Below are positions 1 through 7,848 of a stretch of DNA of 40,057 bases, piece after piece. The translations under genes and the position numbers were made by a program. Location: NCBI GenBank assembly GCA_038153405.1, contig JAYOYH010000044.1, positions 1 through 40,057 on the forward strand, read 5' to 3'. This stretch comes from Gemmatimonadota bacterium (GTDB lineage Bacteria; Latescibacterota; UBA2968; UBA8231). Position 1 is the stretch's first letter. Each line of letters begins with the position of its first letter. The notes beneath the pieces were generated by a model. It saw nothing but the letters and a program-made list of their open reading frames with translations. It searched no databases and was not told where the DNA came from.

Positions 1-611
1 CTGTAGGGAATGACGCCGAGCTGCTCGGACTGCGCTAGGGGCAGGATTTCGACTTCGGCTTGGCGCTTGGCCAGGTTGTACATCGGCTGGATGCACTCAA
101 AGCGCGCCAGGCCTTCGCGCGCGCTGATGCCCAGCGCCTTGGCTATTTGCCAGGCGGCCCAGTTGCTGACGCAGGGATAGAGGATTTTGCCCTGCTGAAC
201 GAGGTGGTCGAGCGCGCGCAGCGTTTCGTCGATGGGCGTTTCGTCGTCGAAGTTGTGCACGAAGTAGAGATCGAGGCGATCGGTCTTCAGGCGCTTGAGG
301 CTGGCCTCGATTTGGGCACTGATATGACGGCGGGAAAGGCCGCGGTCGTTGGTATCGCTGCCCATGGCGCCGCACACTTTGGACGTGAGAACGAGCTGGT
401 CGCGCTCGGGGCCGATGAGCGTGCCAAGAATCTCTTCGGAGCGTCCGGACGTATATACGTTAGCCGTGTCAAAAAAGTTGATGCCGATCTCGCGGCAGCG
501 GCGATACATCGCTGCGGACGTTTTCTCATCCGCTTCACCGCCAAAGGACATCGTGCCGAAACACAGCGTGGAAACGCGGACGCCGGTGCGTCCAAGCAGG
601 GTGTATTGCAT
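1..611 (-). CDS. Aldo/keto reductase, 3' end truncated by the window edge; absent from the ORF track
   Basis: Manual translation from ATG at 611 (GGGAG RBS): MQYTLLGRTGVRVSTLCFGTMSFGG...GINFFDTANVY...SEEILG...YNLAKRQAEVEILPLAQSEQLGVIPYS, which are typical AKR motifs. Confidence 0.93.
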   Translation of the reverse strand, partial: MQYTLLGRTGVRVSTLCFGTMSFGGEADEKTSAAMYRRCREIGINFFDTANVYTSGRSEEILGTLIGPERDQLVLTSKVCGAMGSDTNDRGLSRRHISAQIEASLKRLKTDRLDLYFVHNFDDETPIDETLRALDHLVQQGKILYPCVSNWAAWQIAKALGISAREGLARFECIQPMYNLAKRQAEVEILPLAQSEQLGVIPY

Positions 612-731
612 AGCGAACTCCCGTCAGTGTGCGAAAAGGCGTGGGGAGAGGGTAAAGCGAGCGATGATCGCGTGCAAATGCAGCTTAGCGCGTTGGCTCC
701 TGTTGGCGCGCTGTGAGCATGCAAGATGCAC

Positions 732-1496
732 TCATTCGGCCAACGTCCACTGCGGATAAGATTCCGGAATGTGCAGTCCGTCCGGAGGCATGGGTAGAGG
801 CGTCCATACGGCGAGAAACGACGTGGCGCGGTGCTCGATCATCTGGCAGCGCGCGCAGGCGATTGATAGCGCAGTGCCCGGTGCCGGGGGCAGCGGTGCG
901 TCGAGCAGACGCGATAGCCCGTCCCACGGAAGGGCAATTTCTACCTGCCAGCCGCGGTCGATATCCGAGCTCTTGCCGAGCGTGCCGTCGATTTGTAAAG
1001 CGACCTCTAGGCCGGGGAATGTCCAGTCGAAAAAGCCCCAGCGCATACCGCGCTCGTGGTGCGGGCCGCCATCGCCGCCAAAGACCATGGGCTTGTGCAC
1101 GGCTAGGTCGAACTCGGGCACGTCGTAGCGACTGCCGCGCGCGTAGGCGTCTTTCCAGATAAAAAACATTTCCGAGCGACGGCCGTCTGGGGCGATGGCT
1201 AGCGAGTAGTAGGCGCCGGGTCCGGCGATGTAGAGCTCGACGGTATTTTCCGACCAGGCGAGTCCGGTGCGCTCGCTGTGCGTGCAGTAGATATTGCGTT
1301 CTTCGAGCCAAAACGCCGCGTAGAGTGCGCGCTCGTCCCACAGCAGTGCGCTGCGCGTATCGAAAAAGCCGAGGTTGCCGCTGTCTATGGAGCCAAAGCG
1401 CGCGGTGCGCTCTGCGCTGCGCCACGCCGCTTTGCTTAGATCGCCATTTATGGTAAATGGTTCGGGGGCGCGCTTGCACGGGAATCGCTGTGTCAT
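732..1496 (-). CDS. Carbohydrate-binding family 9-like (CBM9/DOMON-like) protein, paralog 2
   Basis: Motifs INGDLSKAAW, LLWDERALY, ENTVELYI, GWQVEIALPW. Start moved to MTQRF at 1496, which overlaps the upstream stop (ATGA). Confidence 0.75.
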   Translation of the reverse strand: MTQRFPCKRAPEPFTINGDLSKAAWRSAERTARFGSIDSGNLGFFDTRSALLWDERALYAAFWLEERNIYCTHSERTGLAWSENTVELYIAGPGAYYSLAIAPDGRRSEMFFIWKDAYARGSRYDVPEFDLAVHKPMVFGGDGGPHHERGMRWGFFDWTFPGLEVALQIDGTLGKSSDIDRGWQVEIALPWDGLSRLLDAPLPPAPGTALSIACARCQMIEHRATSFLAVWTPLPMPPDGLHIPESYPQWTLAE

Positions 1497-2323
1497 ACCG
1501 ACACCTCGTCGACGGTTTTCTCGCTGAAGTGGATATAGGTAAAGCGCTCGGGCGTGTGTGAATCGTATACGCCGTGGCTGTTCCACGCCCAGCCGGGACA
1601 GGTGCGGCGACCGCCCTCTTCAATCCACTGAAAGCGCGATATGTCCATGCGCCACACGTCGCCTTCTTTAGCCGGCAACGAGCGATCGCCGGCCAGGTGT
1701 TTGAGTCCCTTCCAGGGGAAGGCGACCTCGGCAAACCAGCCGCGGTCTACGTCGCTGCTGTCGTTGATGGTGCCATCTAGGTGAACGGCCCACTGTAGGC
1801 CGGGCATGTCCCAGGAGCGGAAACACCAGCGGCGTCCGCGCGCCGATTTGTGCCCGCTCCACTGGCCGCCAAGCGTGTCGATAATGCCGTTGTCAATCAG
1901 TGCAAATTCGGGTATATCGGCGTAGCCCGATTCGACGTAGCGATCCTGCCAGATGTAGAAGCGCTCCATAATGGTGCCGAGGGCGTTGAGTTCAAACTCG
2001 TAGTAGGCGTCCTGGCCGGCGATAAAGATCTCGACGTCGTTTTCGCGGCAGATCATACAGTCGCGCTCGGTCAGCGTGGCGCGGATATCGGGCTCTTCGA
2101 TCCAGAAACCGACGTAGAGGTGCTCGTCGTCCCACAGCATGGCCGCCTGCGTATCGAATAGGGCGGGTCGTCCGGGCTCTTCGAGGTCTTCAAAGCGCGG
2201 CGAACGCGGCGCCTTTTGCCAGCTTTCTTCGTCGAGATGGCCGTCGATAACAATCGGTCCAACGGCGCGGTAGCACGTGTAGTGCTTGAGGTTTTCCTCT
2301 GGATAGGGCGGATGTGGTTGCAC
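1493..2323 (-). CDS. Carbohydrate-binding family 9-like protein, paralog 1
   Basis: Motifs IDGHLDEESW, MLWDDEHLYV, ENDVEIFI, YYEFELNALGT, GWFAEVAFPW, GDVWRMDISR, HTPERF. GTG start; no signal peptide. Confidence 0.8.
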   Translation of the reverse strand: MQPHPPYPEENLKHYTCYRAVGPIVIDGHLDEESWQKAPRSPRFEDLEEPGRPALFDTQAAMLWDDEHLYVGFWIEEPDIRATLTERDCMICRENDVEIFIAGQDAYYEFELNALGTIMERFYIWQDRYVESGYADIPEFALIDNGIIDTLGGQWSGHKSARGRRWCFRSWDMPGLQWAVHLDGTINDSSDVDRGWFAEVAFPWKGLKHLAGDRSLPAKEGDVWRMDISRFQWIEEGGRRTCPGWAWNSHGVYDSHTPERFTYIHFSEKTVDEVSV

Positions 2324-2336
2324 GGTTTGGACTCAC

Positions 2337-2714
2337 TTATAAGTAGTTGGACAATTCGATGAGGTGGGCATCCGGGTCGCGAAAGTAAATCGACAGAATG
2401 GGTCCGTCAGCCCCCGTGTGCTCAAGGGGCCCGTCTTCTACGGAGACTCCGTTGTCGCGTAGGCGGCAGGCTATGTGCGCCAGCGGTTCACTGGTGATAA
2501 AGCAGAGGTCGGCCGAGCTAGACGTAGGCTGCTGCGCGCTCGGTTCGGCGTCCTGACCGTCGAGGCATAGATTGATCTGTCGTCCACCGAAGGTCAGCGC
2601 TCGATCCCCGCTATCCGAGCGCAGTTCGCACATACCCAACACGCGCGTATAGAATGCACAGGTGGCGTTCAAGTCGCGTACAGTGAGGTCGAGAGGGTCC
2701 ATTTCTACGTGCAT
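2337..2714 (-). CDS. VOC/glyoxalase family protein (YaeR-like)
   Basis: Motifs LTVRDLNATCAFYTRVLGM, ADLCF, GPILSIYFRDPDAHLIELSNY. Start overlaps the upstream stop (TAATG). Confidence 0.85.
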   Translation of the reverse strand: MHVEMDPLDLTVRDLNATCAFYTRVLGMCELRSDSGDRALTFGGRQINLCLDGQDAEPSAQQPTSSSADLCFITSEPLAHIACRLRDNGVSVEDGPLEHTGADGPILSIYFRDPDAHLIELSNYL

Positions 2715-3523
2715 TAGATGTCCAACAGGTCAGCTGCGTTAGCGCCGAGGATGAGGGTGCGCTGTGCATCGTCCAAATCGGGAGAGAACGTGCGCACGAC
2801 TTCTAGTGCTTGGCGATAGGTCAGGTGGCGACTGGTGGGAGGCCAGTCGGTGCCCCACACAACGCGCTTGGCGCCGATCGCGTTGACCAGCGATGCAAAA
2901 TAGCCGAGCGCGCGTGCGCAGCGCGGATCCCAGGAGGTTTCGGCAGCTGCGTAAAAGGCCGATGCCTTGACGTATACGTTGTCCAGCGCGGCGGCGGCAG
3001 AAAGACCGCCGTAGGTGGCATCGGTCGGGTCGAGCGACGACGGCAGGCCGAGGTGGTTGCAGAGAAAGCGCACGCTGGGATAGCGCCGCGCCAGTTCGAG
3101 CAGCGTGCCGTAGTTGGGTGGGGTGACCTGCAGATTGCAGACTAGTCTGCTGCTGACAAAGGCCTGCCACAGCGGTGCGCGGTCGTCGTCTAACATCCAA
3201 GCAATTTCGGCGCTGTTGGGATAGTAGCTGATGGCCACGCTGCCGTACTCCTCGCGGGCGCTCGCCACGCGTTCGGCCGCGTCCGCCTCGTGCAGCGGCA
3301 CGTCGGTCATGGTGGCTAGGCGGTCGGCGTGCTCGCGCGCCCAGCGCGCGCAGTCGGCGTTATTATCGGGTGAGAACGGGGCGACGACGGGCAGCATGAC
3401 GGCCTTTTCCACGCCGGCGTCGTCCATTAGGTGCAGCAGGCGGTCGACGCGGCCGGTGTCGGGAAAGGGATCCATCGGCTCGTAGGTCGCCAACACGTGT
3501 ACGTGGGCGTCGATAATGCGCAT
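2714..3523 (-). CDS. Amidohydrolase_2 family protein (possible lactonase)
   Basis: Motifs IIDAHVH, NHLGLP, NVYVKAS, VVWGTDWP; GGAG RBS. Confidence 0.85.
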   Translation of the reverse strand: MRIIDAHVHVLATYEPMDPFPDTGRVDRLLHLMDDAGVEKAVMLPVVAPFSPDNNADCARWAREHADRLATMTDVPLHEADAAERVASAREEYGSVAISYYPNSAEIAWMLDDDRAPLWQAFVSSRLVCNLQVTPPNYGTLLELARRYPSVRFLCNHLGLPSSLDPTDATYGGLSAAAALDNVYVKASAFYAAAETSWDPRCARALGYFASLVNAIGAKRVVWGTDWPPTSRHLTYRQALEVVRTFSPDLDDAQRTLILGANAADLLDI

Positions 3524-3535
3524 AGGTCAATCTCC

Positions 3536-3637
3536 TCAGGCGGCGTGCAGGTCGTGGCAGGGGAAAAGATCGTCGATAACGACGTAGCCCTCGCGCCGAG
3601 AGTGGGCCAATTCGCCGTCGGTGAGCGGGCGCTTCAC
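3536..3637 (-). pseudogene. 33-aa remnant resembling the N-terminus of a phytanoyl-CoA dioxygenase (PhyH) family protein
   Basis: GTG..TGA encodes MKRPLTDGELAHSRREGYVVIDDLFPCHDLHAA, matching the LTxxQxxxFxxxGYxVIxxLF PhyH start. It fills the gap between two co-oriented genes. Confidence 0.55.
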
Positions 3638-3654
3638 GGGAGGACTCGCAGCCT

Positions 3655-4560
3655 TCAGGCGTGCAGCAGACGGTCTACGTGCTGGCGCAGACCATCGGCG
3701 AGGGGCGTATTGGGCACGGCTGCGCCGCTCTGTTGGAGCTTGCTCATATCGTAGATGCGGTGGCAGAGGAAAGGAGCCGAGTTGGGGTTGTCGCGCAGGT
3801 AGGCGTCGACGGGCAGCTCTTCAACGACTAGCGGTGTGTCCAAATAGTCGGCGATGATCTGGTAGTAAGTGCGCGACTCGACGACGTCGGGTCCGGCGGC
3901 GCAAAAAATGTGTCCGCGCGTGTTGGCATTGCCGAGACAGCTCAGGCACAGGGCGGCCAGATCGGGTGCGAAGATGGGCTGCTGTAGGAAGTAACCGCCG
4001 CCGACTAGGCTTAGCGATTGGCCGGCGCGCAGCTTTTCAATGAGCGCGGCATCGCGTCCGTGCGCCGGCAGACAGCCCAGCAACGAGCCCGGACCGTAAA
4101 TATGGCAAGGCCGTAACACGGTCCAGGCCATATCGCCCGTATCGGCGTTGAGCAGCACTTCTTCACAGCGCCGCTTGTCGCCGCCATAGCCGCTCGTGGC
4201 GTAGTGTTCGGTCTCTTCGCTCTGCGGCAGTCGGCGATGGGCCGGATCAAAGGTGAAGTCGGTGGAAATAAACACCAGGTGGTCGGCCCTGTCTGTCAGC
4301 ACATCGATGTCCTGGCGGGCATCGTCGGGTTGAAAGCCGATGCAGTCGACGACGAGGTCCCACCGAGTGTCGGCGGCGCGCACGGCGCTGGCAAAGGCGT
4401 CGCGTTCTTTGCGGTCGGCGACAATGGCCTGCACGCCGTCGGCGACCGGGCGCTTTCCGCGGGTTACCGTCCAGACGCGGTGGCCCTGTTCCAGAGCTAT
4501 GCGGGCTAGGGTGCCGCTGACGAACCCGCTACCGCCGATGAGAAGGATATTGGCCGACAT
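3655..4560 (-). CDS. NAD-dependent epimerase/dehydratase (extended SDR)
   Basis: Motifs ILLIGGSGFVSG, YGGDK (YxxxK), LRPCHIYGPG. Start MSANI at 4560 with GGAG RBS. Confidence 0.88.
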   Translation of the reverse strand: MSANILLIGGSGFVSGTLARIALEQGHRVWTVTRGKRPVADGVQAIVADRKERDAFASAVRAADTRWDLVVDCIGFQPDDARQDIDVLTDRADHLVFISTDFTFDPAHRRLPQSEETEHYATSGYGGDKRRCEEVLLNADTGDMAWTVLRPCHIYGPGSLLGCLPAHGRDAALIEKLRAGQSLSLVGGGYFLQQPIFAPDLAALCLSCLGNANTRGHIFCAAGPDVVESRTYYQIIADYLDTPLVVEELPVDAYLRDNPNSAPFLCHRIYDMSKLQQSGAAVPNTPLADGLRQHVDRLLHA

Positions 4561-4588
4561 ACATGCTCCGCGCGAAGAGTAGTTCTCA

Positions 4589-4617
4589 TATGTAAGAATG
4601 GGCGCCTTTTGGCGCAA
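4589..4617 (-). promoter_or_regulatory. Possible sigma70-type promoter for the epimerase sub-operon
   Basis: TTGCGC-N17-TACATA on the minus strand. Confidence 0.3.
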
Positions 4618-4632
4618 GGAGCGGGTCCGCGC

Positions 4633-5727
4633 TCAGGGCATCCAGCGCGTGGCGGCTATGTAGCGCTCGCCGTCGGGTGCGTCGTTGTAGTAGTAGGCGC
4701 TGAGCAGATGGCCGTCGGGCAGGACCGCGGTGCGCGGATAGCCCAGGTCGCGGCAGCCGCCGTCGGCGCGCAGAACGATTTCTGCGCCCCAGTGCAGGCC
4801 GCCATCGTTGCTGATGCGCGCCCGGATGCCGTAGGGCTGTGCGCGAAAGCCGTAGACCAGGGCAATGCGTCCATCCGCCAGTAGGGTGAGGGTGGGTGGG
4901 TTGCCCCCCGTGCCGGTTGGGCCGACGGGTTGGCCCTGGCCGCGCCAACTCTGGCCGTCGTCGTCGGAACAGTAGAAGTCGATCCAATTGCCCTCGTCTC
5001 CACTCTGGCGCGAGCCCGTGCGCAGGCGTTGCGCCACGAGGATGCGGCCCGATGGCAGGCGCAGACTGGCCGGCATAATGGCAAACCCCTCGGGTTCTGC
5101 GCCAATAAAGGAGAGAAATTCAAAATGCCTGCCGCCGTCGGTGCTGCGCGCGCAAAAGACGCGTCCCTCCCTGCCGTTGCGCTTGGTTGCCGTGAGAAAG
5201 AGGGTGCAAGAAGTTGCATTGTCGACCAGATAGTCGGTGCGCGCCTCAACGCCCTTTTGTCCGTAGTCGGGCAGGGCAAAGGGGCCCCGCCAGCTGCGGC
5301 AGCGATCGAGGGAGTAGTAGAAAAACGAGCGCGTGCCCTCGCCCAGGCCAGAGCGCGCGCATAGGAGGGCAAAGTCGGGATGGGCGAAATCGATGCCGCC
5401 CGAGCAGGGCTGAGGGCCATCTGCACCGTCGAGAGCAGCAGCTACTTTTAGCGGTGGATTGACGTGTTCGTCAGCGGAGAAGCCGCGGCCTGCGGGCGTG
5501 CGCCCGGGAAAGGGTTCGACCTGCCAGCTGAGACCGCCATCTGTGCTGCGCGCCTGCATGGGTGCGAAGGGGCGATTGCGATCGGCGCTGTGAAAGCCGC
5601 TGTTGTCGCCGTCGTAAAATCCCAGCGCAAAGCTGACGACAACTTCTTCCCGCCACGACCAAATGCCGTAGTTGGCAGGCCAGCCGGCATAGCGGCCCGC
5701 TTCTCGGTATAGTTCGATGTGTTGCAT
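4633..5727 (-). CDS. Sialidase-like BNR/Asp-box beta-propeller protein
   Basis: Five Asp-boxes (STDGGLSW, SLDRCRSW, STDGGRHF, SDDDGQSW, SNDGGLHW) and C-terminal DLGYP; no signal peptide. Confidence 0.82.
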   Translation of the reverse strand: MQHIELYREAGRYAGWPANYGIWSWREEVVVSFALGFYDGDNSGFHSADRNRPFAPMQARSTDGGLSWQVEPFPGRTPAGRGFSADEHVNPPLKVAAALDGADGPQPCSGGIDFAHPDFALLCARSGLGEGTRSFFYYSLDRCRSWRGPFALPDYGQKGVEARTDYLVDNATSCTLFLTATKRNGREGRVFCARSTDGGRHFEFLSFIGAEPEGFAIMPASLRLPSGRILVAQRLRTGSRQSGDEGNWIDFYCSDDDGQSWRGQGQPVGPTGTGGNPPTLTLLADGRIALVYGFRAQPYGIRARISNDGGLHWGAEIVLRADGGCRDLGYPRTAVLPDGHLLSAYYYNDAPDGERYIAATRWMP

Positions 5728-5786
5728 AGGTGTCTTGCGGCGAGGGGCGGTGTGCGCGGAGGAATGGGCTCAGCGCGCGGCGGTAA

Positions 5787-6569
5787 TCACCTTCGCCACG
5801 CACCGTCTTTGAGCGCTGCGACGCCTTGTTTGAGCCCCTGCTGATAGATCCACAGATCACCCCAATAGGCGATGCAGCGGAATCCTTGGCGCATGCGCTC
5901 AACGCCCTCGTCTACGGAGGGAACCATAAATGCGGCCGTCTTGCCGTGGCGCTCGCAGGCGGCCACGACGCGCTCCAGTGCACCGAGAAACGTCGGGTGC
6001 TCAAACTGACCGGGAATACCGAGAAAGTTGCTCAGGTCAAATTGGCCGATCCACAGAATATCAATGCCGTCGATAGCGGCAATGCGCTCGACGTTTTCCA
6101 AGCCGGGTCGATTTTCAATCTGCGCAATGAGTACGACTTCGTCGTTGGCGCTGCGCATTTTCTGCAATACGTCGCCGCCGACATAGCCGTCGTGTGCTAT
6201 GTGAAAGGCCGCGCCGCGCTGGCCCAGCGGCGGGTATTTGGCCGACTGGACGATCACTTCGGCCTGCGCGGCATCGCTTACCATGGGTACCATAATGCCC
6301 ATGGCGCCCACGTCGAGGACGCGAGCGATAAAGTGGTACTGGGTAGCCGGTACGCGCACAAACGGAACGATCGGCGCACCGTCGCCGCTGGCAATCAGGT
6401 TGCGCACCGTTTCAATACTCCAGCCCGTGTGCTCCATGTCGTAGATGATGAAGTCGGCACCGGCATTAGCGGCTAGGCGGGCCAGTCCGGGCGTGCAAAA
6501 CTCAAAGGCCATGGTGCCGACGGACGTTTTGCCCTGTGCCAGCGCGCGCTTTACGGGGTTGCTCTTCAT
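5787..6569 (-). CDS. HpcH/HpaI aldolase family protein (2-keto-3-deoxy sugar-acid aldolase-like)
   Basis: Motifs DFIIYDMEH, PFVRVP, LDVGAMGIMVPMV, KYPPLGQRG, AQIE, IGQFDLS. Start MKSNP overlaps the upstream stop (ATGA). Confidence 0.9.
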   Translation of the reverse strand: MKSNPVKRALAQGKTSVGTMAFEFCTPGLARLAANAGADFIIYDMEHTGWSIETVRNLIASGDGAPIVPFVRVPATQYHFIARVLDVGAMGIMVPMVSDAAQAEVIVQSAKYPPLGQRGAAFHIAHDGYVGGDVLQKMRSANDEVVLIAQIENRPGLENVERIAAIDGIDILWIGQFDLSNFLGIPGQFEHPTFLGALERVVAACERHGKTAAFMVPSVDEGVERMRQGFRCIAYWGDLWIYQQGLKQGVAALKDGAWRR

Positions 6570-7633
6570 GAGTCGGGTCTTTCGCTGCGGGGTTGGGCGC
6601 GCTCGGCGTAGACGCGCAGTTTTTCGCGCATGCGCGGATGGCGCGCCGCCTCCGGATTGACGATGAATTCGGGCAGGCGCCCGGCGGCCAGGCGGCAGAT
6701 GGCGGCCACGGCGTTGCGACCAATGCCGGCAAAGCACTCGTCGGTCCAAGCCAGGCCGTGCGGCGAGACGATGATATTGTCGAGCTCGAGCAGCGGATCG
6801 TCTGGGTCTATGGGTTCCTTTTCAAAAACGTCGAGACCGGCACCGGCGATGCGCCCGTCCTGCAGGGCCTGCGTGAGGGCCTGCTGATCGACGATGGGTC
6901 CGCGCGCTACGTTGATTAAGTACGCGCTCTCCTTCATAAGCGACAGGGCCTCTTCGTCGATTAGGTGGTGGGTGCGCTCGTTGAGCGCACAGCAGACGAC
7001 GACGAAGTCGGACATGCGCAGCAGCGTGCCGAGGTCGACCAGTTCGGCTCCGGCCTGCTGGGCGTGGTAGGTGCTGCTCTGCGGGTCGCTGGCCAGCACG
7101 CGCACGCCAAAAGGATGGAGCAGCCCGCAGAGCTCGCGACCGATATTGCCCAGACCGATGAGGCCAACGGCGCGGTCGGTCAGGCCTACGCCCATGTGAT
7201 CCATGCGATCGTTCCAGCGGCCCTCGCGCACCAGCGAATCCTTGATCAGCATTTTTTGGCTAAGCGCTAGCATATAGGTCAGCGCCGCCACGGCCACCGG
7301 TCGGCGCACGCCGTTGGGCGTGATCGTCACGATGATGCCGTTCCGCGTGCACGCTTCTACGTCGACGTTGTCATAGCCCACGCCAAAGCGCGCGATAAGC
7401 GAGAGGCGCTCGCCGTCGGCGACGCTGTTGGTGTCGATCTGAGAACCCAGCAGCAGCAGGGCATCGTAGTCACAGAGTTGGTCGCCATAGATGGGCGAGC
7501 AGTCTTCGCTCAGAAACTCCCATTCGATGCCGGGCGTGCGGTCGAGGCGGTCGAGGCCGATATCGCCAAAGCTGATGGTGCCGTCGCTTTTGAGAAAATC
7601 GCGGGTCAGTGCTACGCGGAATGTGTTGGACAT
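6566..7633 (-). CDS. D-isomer-specific 2-hydroxyacid dehydrogenase (SerA-like)
   Basis: Motifs ARFGVGYDNVD, GLIGLGNIG, LINVARGPIVD, GLDVFEKEP, VSPH. Start MSNTF at 7633. Confidence 0.9.
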   Translation of the reverse strand: MSNTFRVALTRDFLKSDGTISFGDIGLDRLDRTPGIEWEFLSEDCSPIYGDQLCDYDALLLLGSQIDTNSVADGERLSLIARFGVGYDNVDVEACTRNGIIVTITPNGVRRPVAVAALTYMLALSQKMLIKDSLVREGRWNDRMDHMGVGLTDRAVGLIGLGNIGRELCGLLHPFGVRVLASDPQSSTYHAQQAGAELVDLGTLLRMSDFVVVCCALNERTHHLIDEEALSLMKESAYLINVARGPIVDQQALTQALQDGRIAGAGLDVFEKEPIDPDDPLLELDNIIVSPHGLAWTDECFAGIGRNAVAAICRLAAGRLPEFIVNPEAARHPRMREKLRVYAERAQPRSERPDS

Positions 7634-7848
7634 AAACTTATCTTGGTTGCGGTTGGGTATAGTAAAAGGACAGAGAAGATACCGAGAACACAAAAATACG
7701 GCATGCACTGCACAGTTGGAGAGAGAAAAAATAGGGCAACTCTTGTCGCGCCGCAAAAAATTGGTGCTAAGCAGGCTGTGTGGGGCAGAAAAGTCAAATT
7801 GCGCACAGGTCTACTGGTCCGCCGTGCCGAAGAGCGAGACTGCTTGGC

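Noticed and set aside
60..716. 218-aa plus-strand ORF
   Set aside because: It is the antisense shadow of the real minus-strand AKR at 1-611.
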